From the IMG/VR virus record IMGVR_UViG_3300020204_000005: a stretch of 64,000 nt of DNA; one strand, given 5' to 3'. Below are positions 50,801 through 59,785 of the stretch, piece by piece. Made by a program: the position numbers and the translations under genes. The notes under the pieces were generated by a model. The model had not been told where the DNA came from. It did not search any database and saw only the letters and a list, made by a program, of their open reading frames with translations. Every line of letters begins with the position of its first letter. The stretch's first letter is position 1. This stretch comes from a virus.

Positions 50801-52489
50801 ATGGAGGAATTATTTAAATTTAGACACGACAGATATATTGTAACTGAACATGATTCGTACTGTAAACTTGAGGACGATACCGATGAGATTTTAGGTATTA
50901 AAATAGATAAAAGTACCTACAAGAACTACTTCCAATTCAAGACGGAACATAGTAATGAAGAGTCATATCTTAAAAATTACGCCAATCCTTTATGTAGTGT
51001 TTACCACACTAGAGTCAGTGTAATTGTTACTAAAACAGATGATAAGACGTGTATAAAATTATTTAGATATCATAGAAATAGAAACGTTGGTAAAAAGTAT
51101 TTTAAGGTACAAACTGACGTGACGTACTTAACCTATAATTTTAAAACAAATTCTTTATATTATGGAGGTATAACCAATTACCATTTAAAACGTAAATTTA
51201 GAAAGAAAGTAAGTAGAAATTCATTTAACACTGACCCTGTTAATAGAATGAAGTCATTAATTAACTCTGAATTATCTAACATTCTTAATAGAAATCCCGA
51301 ACTGTTGATTAATAAGGGAGAAACCGTTCAAAAAATTTTCAGTACCTTCTTTAATTCTTCACTGGAATTTGAGAACTATTCTAATATGTCACACGAATAT
51401 ATTTTATATAAAATGTATTTGGATAAGAATGACATTAAAACACCTAATAATTGGGGCGTATTCATGTTGTCACATCCTCACCCGAAGAAGAAAGATTTTG
51501 TTAAATATAAAATGAAGTTTATAGATACCTTCATGGGTTTATATGGGCTCAAAGGAGATAAAATAAAAAAAGTATTACACAGGGTTGAAAAATTTAATGG
51601 GCCAGGGTTTTTAAATAGTACCTTCGACTTATTTGGTAAGGACTTTATAATGTCTCAACCTGAAAAGATTCTTATTAGTATTCTAGAAAGTAATTATCAC
51701 CATAGTGGGTGGAAGGAAGATTTATTCCAAAGTAAAAAAGAAAAATACAACTCATTTGAAGTCTTTAAATTAATGTTAAAGGGTGAGATTGACAGTCATA
51801 CATTTTATGACCATTTAAGTATGATTCGTAATCTAAGAAGATTTGAAAGTGTTCGGTGGGAATCAAATGATTATCAGACATTTATGGACGAACACTTCAA
51901 CGTATCAGAACGTTTAGGGTTTTACAATAATGGAGACTTTACCAGGTTTTATAATGAAGAATTTGTTGATAAAGTTCAAGAAGTTGTGGATGAAACTTAT
52001 TACCCTGTAGTTTTAACAACGTCAAGGGAATATAATGTGGAATCCCATCTTCAGTCAAATTGTGTTAAAGGGTATATTAATAGAGCAGGTTCATTTATTA
52101 TCTCACTTAGAAATGGGTCTGACGATTCTAAAGAAAGAGCAACAATTGAATATCAGATTAAGTTAGAAAATGAAAAGGTTAGATTGAAGAGAGTTCAAAC
52201 ACTCGGAAGATTTAACCACCAACTTGACGAATCATGGAATAGACCGATATTATTATTGGATATCCGAATTGAAAAATTGGTTAATGAAAAACTATTTGAT
52301 TTACCCAAAGTAGAGTTAAAGGTTGGTTATAAAACATTTAACTCAGGTAGTAGATTCACTGAGGAAATCGGGATGATGAACTTCCAATACGGACCTTATT
52401 TAAAGTGGGACGATGAACGAATTACAAACGTAAGTGCCCGTAATACTATTGAGCCTTTACAATTATTTGGTGAAGAATTAAATTTTTAA
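50801..52489 (+). CDS. PcfJ-like domain protein
   Basis: ES..Q.NCV.GY ... RATIEY ... Q.LGRFN C-terminal pattern. Confidence 0.7.
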   Translation: MEELFKFRHDRYIVTEHDSYCKLEDDTDEILGIKIDKSTYKNYFQFKTEHSNEESYLKNYANPLCSVYHTRVSVIVTKTDDKTCIKLFRYHRNRNVGKKYFKVQTDVTYLTYNFKTNSLYYGGITNYHLKRKFRKKVSRNSFNTDPVNRMKSLINSELSNILNRNPELLINKGETVQKIFSTFFNSSLEFENYSNMSHEYILYKMYLDKNDIKTPNNWGVFMLSHPHPKKKDFVKYKMKFIDTFMGLYGLKGDKIKKVLHRVEKFNGPGFLNSTFDLFGKDFIMSQPEKILISILESNYHHSGWKEDLFQSKKEKYNSFEVFKLMLKGEIDSHTFYDHLSMIRNLRRFESVRWESNDYQTFMDEHFNVSERLGFYNNGDFTRFYNEEFVDKVQEVVDETYYPVVLTTSREYNVESHLQSNCVKGYINRAGSFIISLRNGSDDSKERATIEYQIKLENEKVRLKRVQTLGRFNHQLDESWNRPILLLDIRIEKLVNEKLFDLPKVELKVGYKTFNSGSRFTEEIGMMNFQYGPYLKWDDERITNVSARNTIEPLQLFGEELNF

Positions 52490-52490
52490 T

Positions 52491-52829
52491 ATGGAAAAAA
52501 TACCCACACATTGTATTGATATTTTTGTTAAAACCTTTGATGAATATCCAAGTGTCATTGAGATACCCATCCCATTAAAAAATGAAGGTATTATTAAAAA
52601 TATCGATAAATTAATTGGTAAATCAGAATTAATTTGGACACACATCCATAAGGCAGTTCCAGTATTTGGTGGGGATAAAATAAACGATGATATTACTCAG
52701 TTACTTATGTATGATAAATCTGGGATTATGTTATATGTTCATAACAATACTAAGATATTTATATTCACGACAGTAAATAGATTAAATGTTACAGAATTTA
52801 CTGTTAATAATATCTTAAAAACAAAATAA
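52491..52829 (+). CDS. Hypothetical protein
   Basis: Coupled ORF. Confidence 0.5.
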   Translation: MEKIPTHCIDIFVKTFDEYPSVIEIPIPLKNEGIIKNIDKLIGKSELIWTHIHKAVPVFGGDKINDDITQLLMYDKSGIMLYVHNNTKIFIFTTVNRLNVTEFTVNNILKTK

Positions 52830-52832
52830 ATT

Positions 52833-53141
52833 ATGGAAATTACACAAAAAGAATTAAGAGAAAAAATCGATAACGGTGAAAAAATGATTGTTGATTTTTG
52901 GGCACCTTGGTGCGGACCATGTAAAATGATGAAACCTATATTTGAAAGAGTTGCTGAAACATCAGATGTACCGATGTATACAATAAATGTTGATGAGAAT
53001 AGAGAACTAGCTATTGAGTTAGGAGTTAGAGCAATCCCAACAATCAAGACCTTTAATGAAGGTAATGAAGTGTCAAGTAAAGCAGGACTGTTACAAGAGT
53101 CTCAATTAAAAGATTTGATTAATACATTAACAAATGGATAA
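52833..53141 (+). CDS. trxA: Thioredoxin
   Basis: VDFWAPWCGPCK and VRAIPT. Confidence 0.92.
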   Translation: MEITQKELREKIDNGEKMIVDFWAPWCGPCKMMKPIFERVAETSDVPMYTINVDENRELAIELGVRAIPTIKTFNEGNEVSSKAGLLQESQLKDLINTLTNG

Positions 53142-53421
53142 TAAATTAGTAGTAGTATACACCATGAAAGGTTGTCCTTGGTGTGAAGTGTTTAAAACAC
53201 AATTAAAAGAAAGTAATGTGGAGTTTCACGAAAGAGACATCGATGACTACGAAGAAGAATTTAATTTATTTGCTGAAATAACTGGTAGTGATTATGTTCC
53301 TGCGTTTATGTTAGTGGAAGATACTGAAGATGAAGAACCTGTTCCGCAATTATATGCACCACAAGTGAATTATGAAAATATAGAAGAAGGTGTAGGTATC
53401 ATTAAGGATTTTATTCTTTAA
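53134..53421 (+). CDS. Glutaredoxin-like protein
   Basis: VYTMKGCPWC and YVP. Confidence 0.8.
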   Translation: MDNKLVVVYTMKGCPWCEVFKTQLKESNVEFHERDIDDYEEEFNLFAEITGSDYVPAFMLVEDTEDEEPVPQLYAPQVNYENIEEGVGIIKDFIL

Positions 53422-53424
53422 ATA

Positions 53425-53949
53425 ATGAATTTAAGTTTTTCTAAAAAAGGAGTACGACATGAACCAATAAATAATTGGTTACTACCTGATGGAACTATAA
53501 TTGCAATATATCAAGGTAGTAGAGGGGGTAATCCTGATTTAGATTTCATTGTTAAATATAAAAATGGTAAGAATAGATTAAGAACCCCATCACATACTCA
53601 TTGGATTGTTGATTTAATTATTAAATCTGAATACGCTCCTTATGAAGTTAAAAATTTTGTTTCTGAATGGTTTGAATTATATGACTTAATAGAACCGTTT
53701 AAAACTAAAGATGAAATGAAGTCTTATAATTTTTTATATTATGAATACTTTGTAGAAAAGTATGAAACAATAACTAATGTAGGTCCACTAAAAATCGAGT
53801 TTTTATGTTCACTTTTAGAATTATTCATAAAATGTGAAAAACAAACTGAAGGGGCCTTTATGTTTAAAAAATTACTTGAATTGGTAATCGAATATTGTGA
53901 CGGGGAAAAAGATTTTTATCAGATAGTGTCACATTCTAAGAGAGTATAA
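53425..53949 (+). CDS. Hypothetical protein
   Basis: 174-aa ORF. Confidence 0.55.
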   Translation: MNLSFSKKGVRHEPINNWLLPDGTIIAIYQGSRGGNPDLDFIVKYKNGKNRLRTPSHTHWIVDLIIKSEYAPYEVKNFVSEWFELYDLIEPFKTKDEMKSYNFLYYEYFVEKYETITNVGPLKIEFLCSLLELFIKCEKQTEGAFMFKKLLELVIEYCDGEKDFYQIVSHSKRV

Positions 53950-53951
53950 AT

Positions 53952-53982
53952 AAAAAAAGGGCTCAAATTGAACCCTTTTTTT
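53952..53982. terminator. Bidirectional terminator
   Basis: AAAAAAAGGG..TCA/TGA..CCCTTTTTTT between convergent genes. Confidence 0.65.
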
Positions 53983-54124
53983 ATTTCTTGTTGTAATACT
54001 TCTCAACAACCTTTTTAATAGATTCTTGAATGTTTGGTGATTTAACTTGTTCTTTAGCAGGTTGAGCACTTTGTGATGGTTGTTGTGCCGCCTGATTTCC
54101 TTTGTTTTTACAACCGCATCCCAT
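53981..54124 (-). CDS. Small MGCGCK protein (47 aa)
   Basis: ATG 54124; ATAAATA at 54156. Confidence 0.6.
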   Translation of the reverse strand: MGCGCKNKGNQAAQQPSQSAQPAKEQVKSPNIQESIKKVVEKYYNKK

Positions 54125-54222
54125 ATTTAAGTTTTTTAATAGGTTTATTATACCAATAAATATCACCCAAATTGATTTAATAGTAAACAATACCTTATTT
54201 ATTTTTTAGGGTATTTATAATT

Positions 54223-55614
54223 ATGAATCGTAGAATTTTTTTATCGGAAAATAAAATGAATAGATTGTTAGGGTTGATAAGAGAACAATCCGAGGAAGAA
54301 TATTATAAAATATCCCCTGAAGAATATAAAGAACTTTTAAAACTTTCAGGTTACCATGGACAAGGGATTAGTAGATTACCTAAGTTTCAGGGTAAACCAT
54401 TATGGATAACGGGAGATTTAGATGTTTCAAATACACCCATGGACTCATTGGGTAATGTAAAATATGTTGATGGTAGTCTTAGTATTAGTAGGACCAAAAT
54501 CTCTAATATTGATGGTATTACAGTTAGAAAACATGTTTGGGATAGTGATTCCCCAATAGAAGCAAAAAGATTAGCGGCGGAACTTAGAGAAAAAAGGTCT
54601 GAGGGTAATCGTAGACGACTTGGTAATATATGGGACCCTGAAGATACTGACGATGAAGGTATAAAAGCTAACGCACTTTTTAAATTTTTAGTTGATAACG
54701 GAGATGTTGAAGTTTTGAATAATGAAGATAAGGAAAAATTAAAAGAGTTGAATACTGAACTTGAAAGACTTGAAAACGAAGAAGAATATACTGAGGAAAT
54801 TGAGGAAAGAATATCTGAAATTGAAGATGAGATATCAGACCTTGGTGAAGATGAAGGAGATGTTTACGATTTAAATCCAATGAGATGGACGCATTATGGA
54901 TTAACAACCTTTGAGGTTTTATTACCAGGGTTTAAAAATAATGAATACACTGTTGGTACTTCGGAAGAGATGGATGACGCAGCTTTAAAATATGCTAAAA
55001 ATTATATTGATGACGTAGGAATGGATGGATTCAGAAACCATTTTGTTGAAAATTATATAGATGAGGATTATCTAAGAGATTATATAAGGGAATGGTATGA
55101 AGATGATATTTGGCAAAATCCTGAAGTTTATTTTAATGACGATGATTTTGAATTAACTGCAGAACAAGAAAGAAGAATTAGTAAACTTGAAAATTATATT
55201 TCCGAACTTGAGGATTATATTTCAGACCTTGAAGAAAAACAAAATGAGGCTTACGATGAATTAGAGGACCCTGAAGAATATGACAAAAAGTATTACGAAA
55301 TCCAAAAAATGATTGACGAAGTTGAGGAAAAAAAGGATAAGGCTCAAGATGAGTTAGATAGTATTGAACCAGATGATGAACCAAGTCAAGATATGGTAGA
55401 TGATAAATTGGAAGGTATTGTAAATAGATACATGAGAGACCCTATGAATTTTATTAAAGTACATAGTTTAAATTTGGAAAATTTTGTGGATGAGGATGAA
55501 TTAGCTCAAGGATTGGTTGACGAGGATGGATGGGGAGTTATGAATGGAAATGATGGTACTTATGATGAAGTAGAATTTGATGGGGAAATTTACTATATTA
55601 TGAAAGTGAGTTAA
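54223..55614 (+). CDS. Highly acidic putative packaged protein with short LRR-like segment
   Basis: TATTTAT at 54212; IFLSE..LLGLIREQ; GDLDVSNT..SLGNVKYVDGSL. Confidence 0.6.
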   Translation: MNRRIFLSENKMNRLLGLIREQSEEEYYKISPEEYKELLKLSGYHGQGISRLPKFQGKPLWITGDLDVSNTPMDSLGNVKYVDGSLSISRTKISNIDGITVRKHVWDSDSPIEAKRLAAELREKRSEGNRRRLGNIWDPEDTDDEGIKANALFKFLVDNGDVEVLNNEDKEKLKELNTELERLENEEEYTEEIEERISEIEDEISDLGEDEGDVYDLNPMRWTHYGLTTFEVLLPGFKNNEYTVGTSEEMDDAALKYAKNYIDDVGMDGFRNHFVENYIDEDYLRDYIREWYEDDIWQNPEVYFNDDDFELTAEQERRISKLENYISELEDYISDLEEKQNEAYDELEDPEEYDKKYYEIQKMIDEVEEKKDKAQDELDSIEPDDEPSQDMVDDKLEGIVNRYMRDPMNFIKVHSLNLENFVDEDELAQGLVDEDGWGVMNGNDGTYDEVEFDGEIYYIMKVS

Positions 55615-55660
55615 CCACCTATTCATTTTTAAAAAAACTTTATCTATATTTTAAGTAGTT

Positions 55661-56443
55661 ATGACAAGGAAAAATAAAATAAAGTTTGTAATGGATACCG
55701 ATTGGTTGTTCAACGGAATTATAGACTCAGAACAAAAACAATATATTTTATTGGATTACTTTCAAAAGTTAAATAAAGATTTAGAACAAATGAAAGTTTA
55801 TCCGATGTTTACAGAACTTTCATTACATTTAGGTAACATCCAAACACTTATTAATCAAGATAAAATTTTATACTCTGAAAAAAAGTTATCATCATTTGAT
55901 GATGAATATATTTTATCTGATTTAAAATTAAAAGACATACCTGTACTTGCGGATGATGAATACGATGAGTACCGAAAAATACTTAAATTCAGTCACCCAA
56001 GACTACAAGACTATTTTGGTATTACAAAATCAGTGTGGTCAATAGTTTATGATTCCATCACCGTAAATTTAAAGAAAAACAAATCTAATATAGATTCCAA
56101 AATGGGATTCTTTTATTATCAAGCTAAAGAAAAATTATATATTTGGAGATATAATATTAGAAAACAAAAAAAAGAAGATACCCAACCAAAAACATTTTTA
56201 AAATTAATCTATGAAAGTGACAATTCGGATTTGACACCTACTGATATTATTCTTAACTTTTTAAGTAAAGATATTAAAGTTAAAAGTCACAAGTATCCTG
56301 TATTTGAAGTGTTATGTAATGAAATTTTTCCTCTTGAAGAAACTCTAATACCAATCTTTAAAAGAAAAATAATGAGTTACATAACCCAAACAATTAAAAA
56401 AGAAAGTAACAAAGTAAAAAAATTATTACCTAATGGGGTTTAA
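55661..56443 (+). CDS. Conserved hypothetical protein (DW...IDSEQKQYILLDY)
   Basis: 260-aa ORF; resembles a Bacteroidota hypothetical family as I recall it. Confidence 0.55.
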   Translation: MTRKNKIKFVMDTDWLFNGIIDSEQKQYILLDYFQKLNKDLEQMKVYPMFTELSLHLGNIQTLINQDKILYSEKKLSSFDDEYILSDLKLKDIPVLADDEYDEYRKILKFSHPRLQDYFGITKSVWSIVYDSITVNLKKNKSNIDSKMGFFYYQAKEKLYIWRYNIRKQKKEDTQPKTFLKLIYESDNSDLTPTDIILNFLSKDIKVKSHKYPVFEVLCNEIFPLEETLIPIFKRKIMSYITQTIKKESNKVKKLLPNGV

Positions 56444-56636
56444 TAAAAGGTTTATAAAATTTGAAAATATTTTAAATAGGTTAGAAAATAACGAACCTTT
56501 AAGTAATTACTTTTCCGCAGATGCTTTATTCTTAACTGACAAAAAATCTAAAAAAATACTTGACCTACACAATCAAGGTGTAGAAGATTCTATTATATTA
56601 AAAATTATAAAAAATGGAGAACTCGACAAAAATTAA
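56433..56636 (+). CDS. Small hypothetical protein
   Basis: Coupled ORF. Confidence 0.5.
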   Translation: MGFNKRFIKFENILNRLENNEPLSNYFSADALFLTDKKSKKILDLHNQGVEDSIILKIIKNGELDKN

Positions 56637-56805
56637 AAAAATGTTGTCTAAATTAAGACAACCATTGGGTATTGATTATATATCCAAAAATCTTTTAAAT
56701 GTGAGTGAGAATGTGGCGAAAAATATTTTAGATGAATTAGTTGAAGACGATATATTAATTAAAGTCGATAATGAATATCGAGTAAAAGGAAGTAAAAAAT
56801 TATAA
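56614..56805 (+). CDS. Small winged-helix-like protein
   Basis: IDYISK...A..ILDELVEDDIL. Confidence 0.45.
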   Translation: MENSTKIKKMLSKLRQPLGIDYISKNLLNVSENVAKNILDELVEDDILIKVDNEYRVKGSKKL

Positions 56806-56807
56806 AT

Positions 56808-57923
56808 ATGACAAAAATAGAGTATATTTGGCTTGATGGTTATACACCAGAACCAAATTTGAGAAGTAAAATTAAAGTAAGTAATATTGACGTTACAGAT
56901 TTCACATCAATCCCTGAATGGAATTTTGATGGTTCTTCTACCTTACAGGCTGAAGGTGATAAATCAGATTGTATTCTAAAACCTGTGAGAATGTATCGTG
57001 AAGTAGGTTGTGTTGATAGGGTTTATGTATTATGTGAAGTAATGAATTCTGACGGAACACCGCATGAAACAAATCAAAGAGCTAAATTGGGTGAGGAAGA
57101 TAGAGACATGTGGTTTGGGTTTGAACAAGAGTACTTTATACGAGAATTGGGAGGACAAATATTAGGACATACTAAAGGTTTTATTGAACCACAAGGTAAA
57201 TATTATTGTGGTGTTGGACATAATGTAATAGGTAGAAATATTGTTGAAGAACATATGGATTTATGTTTAAGTATGGGTATAAATATAACAGGTGTAAATG
57301 CTGAAGTTGCTTTAGGTCAATGGGAATACCAAGTATTCTCACAAGGTAAATTAAAAGCTGGGGACGACCTATGGATGTCAAGATATTTAATGGAAAAACT
57401 TTCAGAAAAATACGGTTATTGGATTGAATATCACCCTAAACCATTGAGAATCGGAGAATGGAACGGGTCAGGGCTCCACACTAATTTTTCAACACACAAA
57501 ATGAGAAATGAGGGTGGGGAAAAGTATTTCAATTCTTTATTTAATGCTTTAGAATCACGAAGAGATACTCACATTGAAGTTTATGGTTCCGATAATGATT
57601 TAAGGTTAACAGGTAAATATGAAACACAATCAATTAATAAATTTAGTTGGGGTGTAAGTGATAGAGGAGCCTCAATACGAGTACCATTATCAACCGCTAA
57701 AGAATGGAAAGGTTATATTGAAGATAGAAGACCTGCATCAAATGCAAATCCTTACGAAATTATAAAAGTTATTTCTGACACCATTGATATGGCAAATGAA
57801 CTTGATGAAACAGTTCAAAATATGTTTAGTAATGTAAGTGTTAAAAATTTTGATGAGGTTGCAAAGAAATATAATGGTATTCTTACAAGTGAGGAATTAT
57901 TGAACGAATATAAAGAAGATTAA
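56808..57923 (+). CDS. glnII: Glutamine synthetase type II
   Basis: EYIWLDG..LRSK, W.FDGSST, FEQEY, NAEVALGQWEYQ, WNGSG.HTNFS and GYIEDRRPASN. Confidence 0.92.
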   Translation: MTKIEYIWLDGYTPEPNLRSKIKVSNIDVTDFTSIPEWNFDGSSTLQAEGDKSDCILKPVRMYREVGCVDRVYVLCEVMNSDGTPHETNQRAKLGEEDRDMWFGFEQEYFIRELGGQILGHTKGFIEPQGKYYCGVGHNVIGRNIVEEHMDLCLSMGINITGVNAEVALGQWEYQVFSQGKLKAGDDLWMSRYLMEKLSEKYGYWIEYHPKPLRIGEWNGSGLHTNFSTHKMRNEGGEKYFNSLFNALESRRDTHIEVYGSDNDLRLTGKYETQSINKFSWGVSDRGASIRVPLSTAKEWKGYIEDRRPASNANPYEIIKVISDTIDMANELDETVQNMFSNVSVKNFDEVAKKYNGILTSEELLNEYKED

Positions 57924-57924
57924 A

Positions 57925-58143
57925 ATGAGTGAACAAGTAAATCATCCAGAACATTATGGAGGAGAATCAAACCCATATGAAGCCATTAAAGTGATTGATG
58001 CTTGGGACTTGGGGTTCAGTTTGGGAAATACCGTAAAGTATATCTCAAGAGCGGGGAAAAAAGATTCTGATAAAGAACTTCAGGACCTTAAAAAAGCTCT
58101 TTGGTATTTAAATCATCATATTGAAACATTGGAAAATAAATGA
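57925..58143 (+). CDS. DUF3310 (SaV-like) protein
   Basis: VNHP.HY, GN.VKYI.RAGKK and DLKKA.WYL. Confidence 0.85.
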   Translation: MSEQVNHPEHYGGESNPYEAIKVIDAWDLGFSLGNTVKYISRAGKKDSDKELQDLKKALWYLNHHIETLENK

Positions 58144-58790
58144 AAATTATTTATTTTTTATTAATCTTATTTTTAACTTCTTGTGTTGAATTAATTGATG
58201 ATTTAAAAATAAATTTAGATGGGTCTGGGACTTTTAAATATACATTAAATCTAAGCTCAAGTAAGACTAAAGTAAGTTCGATATTAGCTTTAGATAGTTT
58301 AAATGGTAAAAAAGTTTTAAGTAAAACAGACATACAAGAAAAAATCTTAAATTTTAAAAAGTCGTTAATACAACAAGAAGGAATAACCAATGTGGTAATA
58401 ACGGAAGATTATGAGAATTATATATTCAAAATACTGATAGATTTTAAAAATGTTGAGGATTTAGAAAAAGGATTGAAAACATCAATTAATAAATTGTATG
58501 AGTTCAAACAATATAATCACGATTGGATATCATTTAAAGATAAAACTTTAGTAAGGGATTTGCCTAATTTTTATGATGTTATAACAACTGATTTTATAGG
58601 GTTAGACATTGATAAATTAAAAACAGGTAGTTATACTTCTATAACAAGATTTAATACAACTATTAATAATTTTGAAAACAAAAATTGTATAAAATCTAAG
58701 ACAAATACCGCTTTAATGATAAAAGTAACCCCTGATATTGTTTTTAATAATACTAAAATTTTTAATAACAGTATAACTTTAGATAAATGA
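58140..58790 (+). CDS. Putative lipoprotein
   Basis: Lipobox LTSC followed by ..INLDGSGT. Confidence 0.65.
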   Translation: MKIIYFLLILFLTSCVELIDDLKINLDGSGTFKYTLNLSSSKTKVSSILALDSLNGKKVLSKTDIQEKILNFKKSLIQQEGITNVVITEDYENYIFKILIDFKNVEDLEKGLKTSINKLYEFKQYNHDWISFKDKTLVRDLPNFYDVITTDFIGLDIDKLKTGSYTSITRFNTTINNFENKNCIKSKTNTALMIKVTPDIVFNNTKIFNNSITLDK

Positions 58791-58882
58791 AAAAAATATT
58801 AAAAAAAATTAATGATTATTTTTCTTATATAAGAAAAGAAAAAATTAATGCAATGGTTCATTGCGGACGGGGATTTAATTAA
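58787..58882 (+). CDS. Small ORF (31 aa) missed by track
   Basis: MKKILKKINDYFSYIRKEKINAMVHCGRGFN; ATGA overlap upstream. Confidence 0.5.
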   Translation: MKKILKKINDYFSYIRKEKINAMVHCGRGFN

Positions 58883-58886
58883 GAAT

Positions 58887-59738
58887 ATGATAGAAACTGA
58901 AAAAATAATAAATGGTGACTGTGTTGAGGTTATGAAAACATTACCAGAATCATCAGTCGACCTTGTTGTTACTAGTTGTCCTTATGGTGTTGGTATTGAT
59001 TATGATGTTCATAATGATGATGTTGAATTTGAAGATTATAAAATCTTTAGTCGTGATTGGTTATCTCAGGTATATCGGGTATTAAAAGACGATGGAAGAA
59101 TTGCGTTAAACATTCCCTACGAAATTAACAGACAAAAGAAAGGTGGGAGAATATTTTTCGTATCTGAGATGTGGCAAATTATGAAAGAGATTGGATATGG
59201 TTTCTTCGGTATTGTTGACCTTGAAGAAGAGTCCCCACATAGAAGTAAAACCACTGCATGGGGTTCATGGATGTCACCATCAAGTCCTTATATTTATAAC
59301 CCAAAAGAATGTGTTATTTTAGCTTATAAAAAATACCACATTAAAAAAGTTAAAGGTGAACCACAATGGAAAGGTCAAATAACCGATGTTGAACAACCTG
59401 ACGGAACTACAAAAAAGAAAGTTATATATGAAGAAACAGATAAAAAAGAATTTATTCAACTTGTGTATGGTCAGTGGAATTATTTTGCTGACACTAGGTC
59501 ACTCACCAAGGCTACTTTCTCCATGGACATACCAACCAAAGCGATTAAAATATTGTCCTACAAGAACGATATAGTTTTGGACCCGTTTGTTGGTAGTGGA
59601 ACTAGTTTAGTAGCTGCTCAAATACTTGATAGAAGATGGTTAGGTATTGAATTGTCACCCGACTATTGTAAAGTAGCTGAATCAAGAGTTAATTTATTTA
59701 AGACGTTAGAACAAATAAAAGAAATCCCACAATTATAA
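58887..59738 (+). CDS. Beta-class N4C/N6A DNA methyltransferase
   Basis: IINGDC, VTSCPY (SPPY variant), VLKDDG and IVLDPFVGSGT; start 58887 preferred over 58848. Confidence 0.85.
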   Translation: MIETEKIINGDCVEVMKTLPESSVDLVVTSCPYGVGIDYDVHNDDVEFEDYKIFSRDWLSQVYRVLKDDGRIALNIPYEINRQKKGGRIFFVSEMWQIMKEIGYGFFGIVDLEEESPHRSKTTAWGSWMSPSSPYIYNPKECVILAYKKYHIKKVKGEPQWKGQITDVEQPDGTTKKKVIYEETDKKEFIQLVYGQWNYFADTRSLTKATFSMDIPTKAIKILSYKNDIVLDPFVGSGTSLVAAQILDRRWLGIELSPDYCKVAESRVNLFKTLEQIKEIPQL

Positions 59739-59750
59739 GTGGGATTTTTG
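59722..59750 (+). terminator. Intrinsic terminator
   Basis: AAATCCCAC-N8-GTGGGATTT-TT. Confidence 0.7.
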
Positions 59751-59785
59751 ATTTATGTAGGTATTTATATTAAAAACATTTTCTA

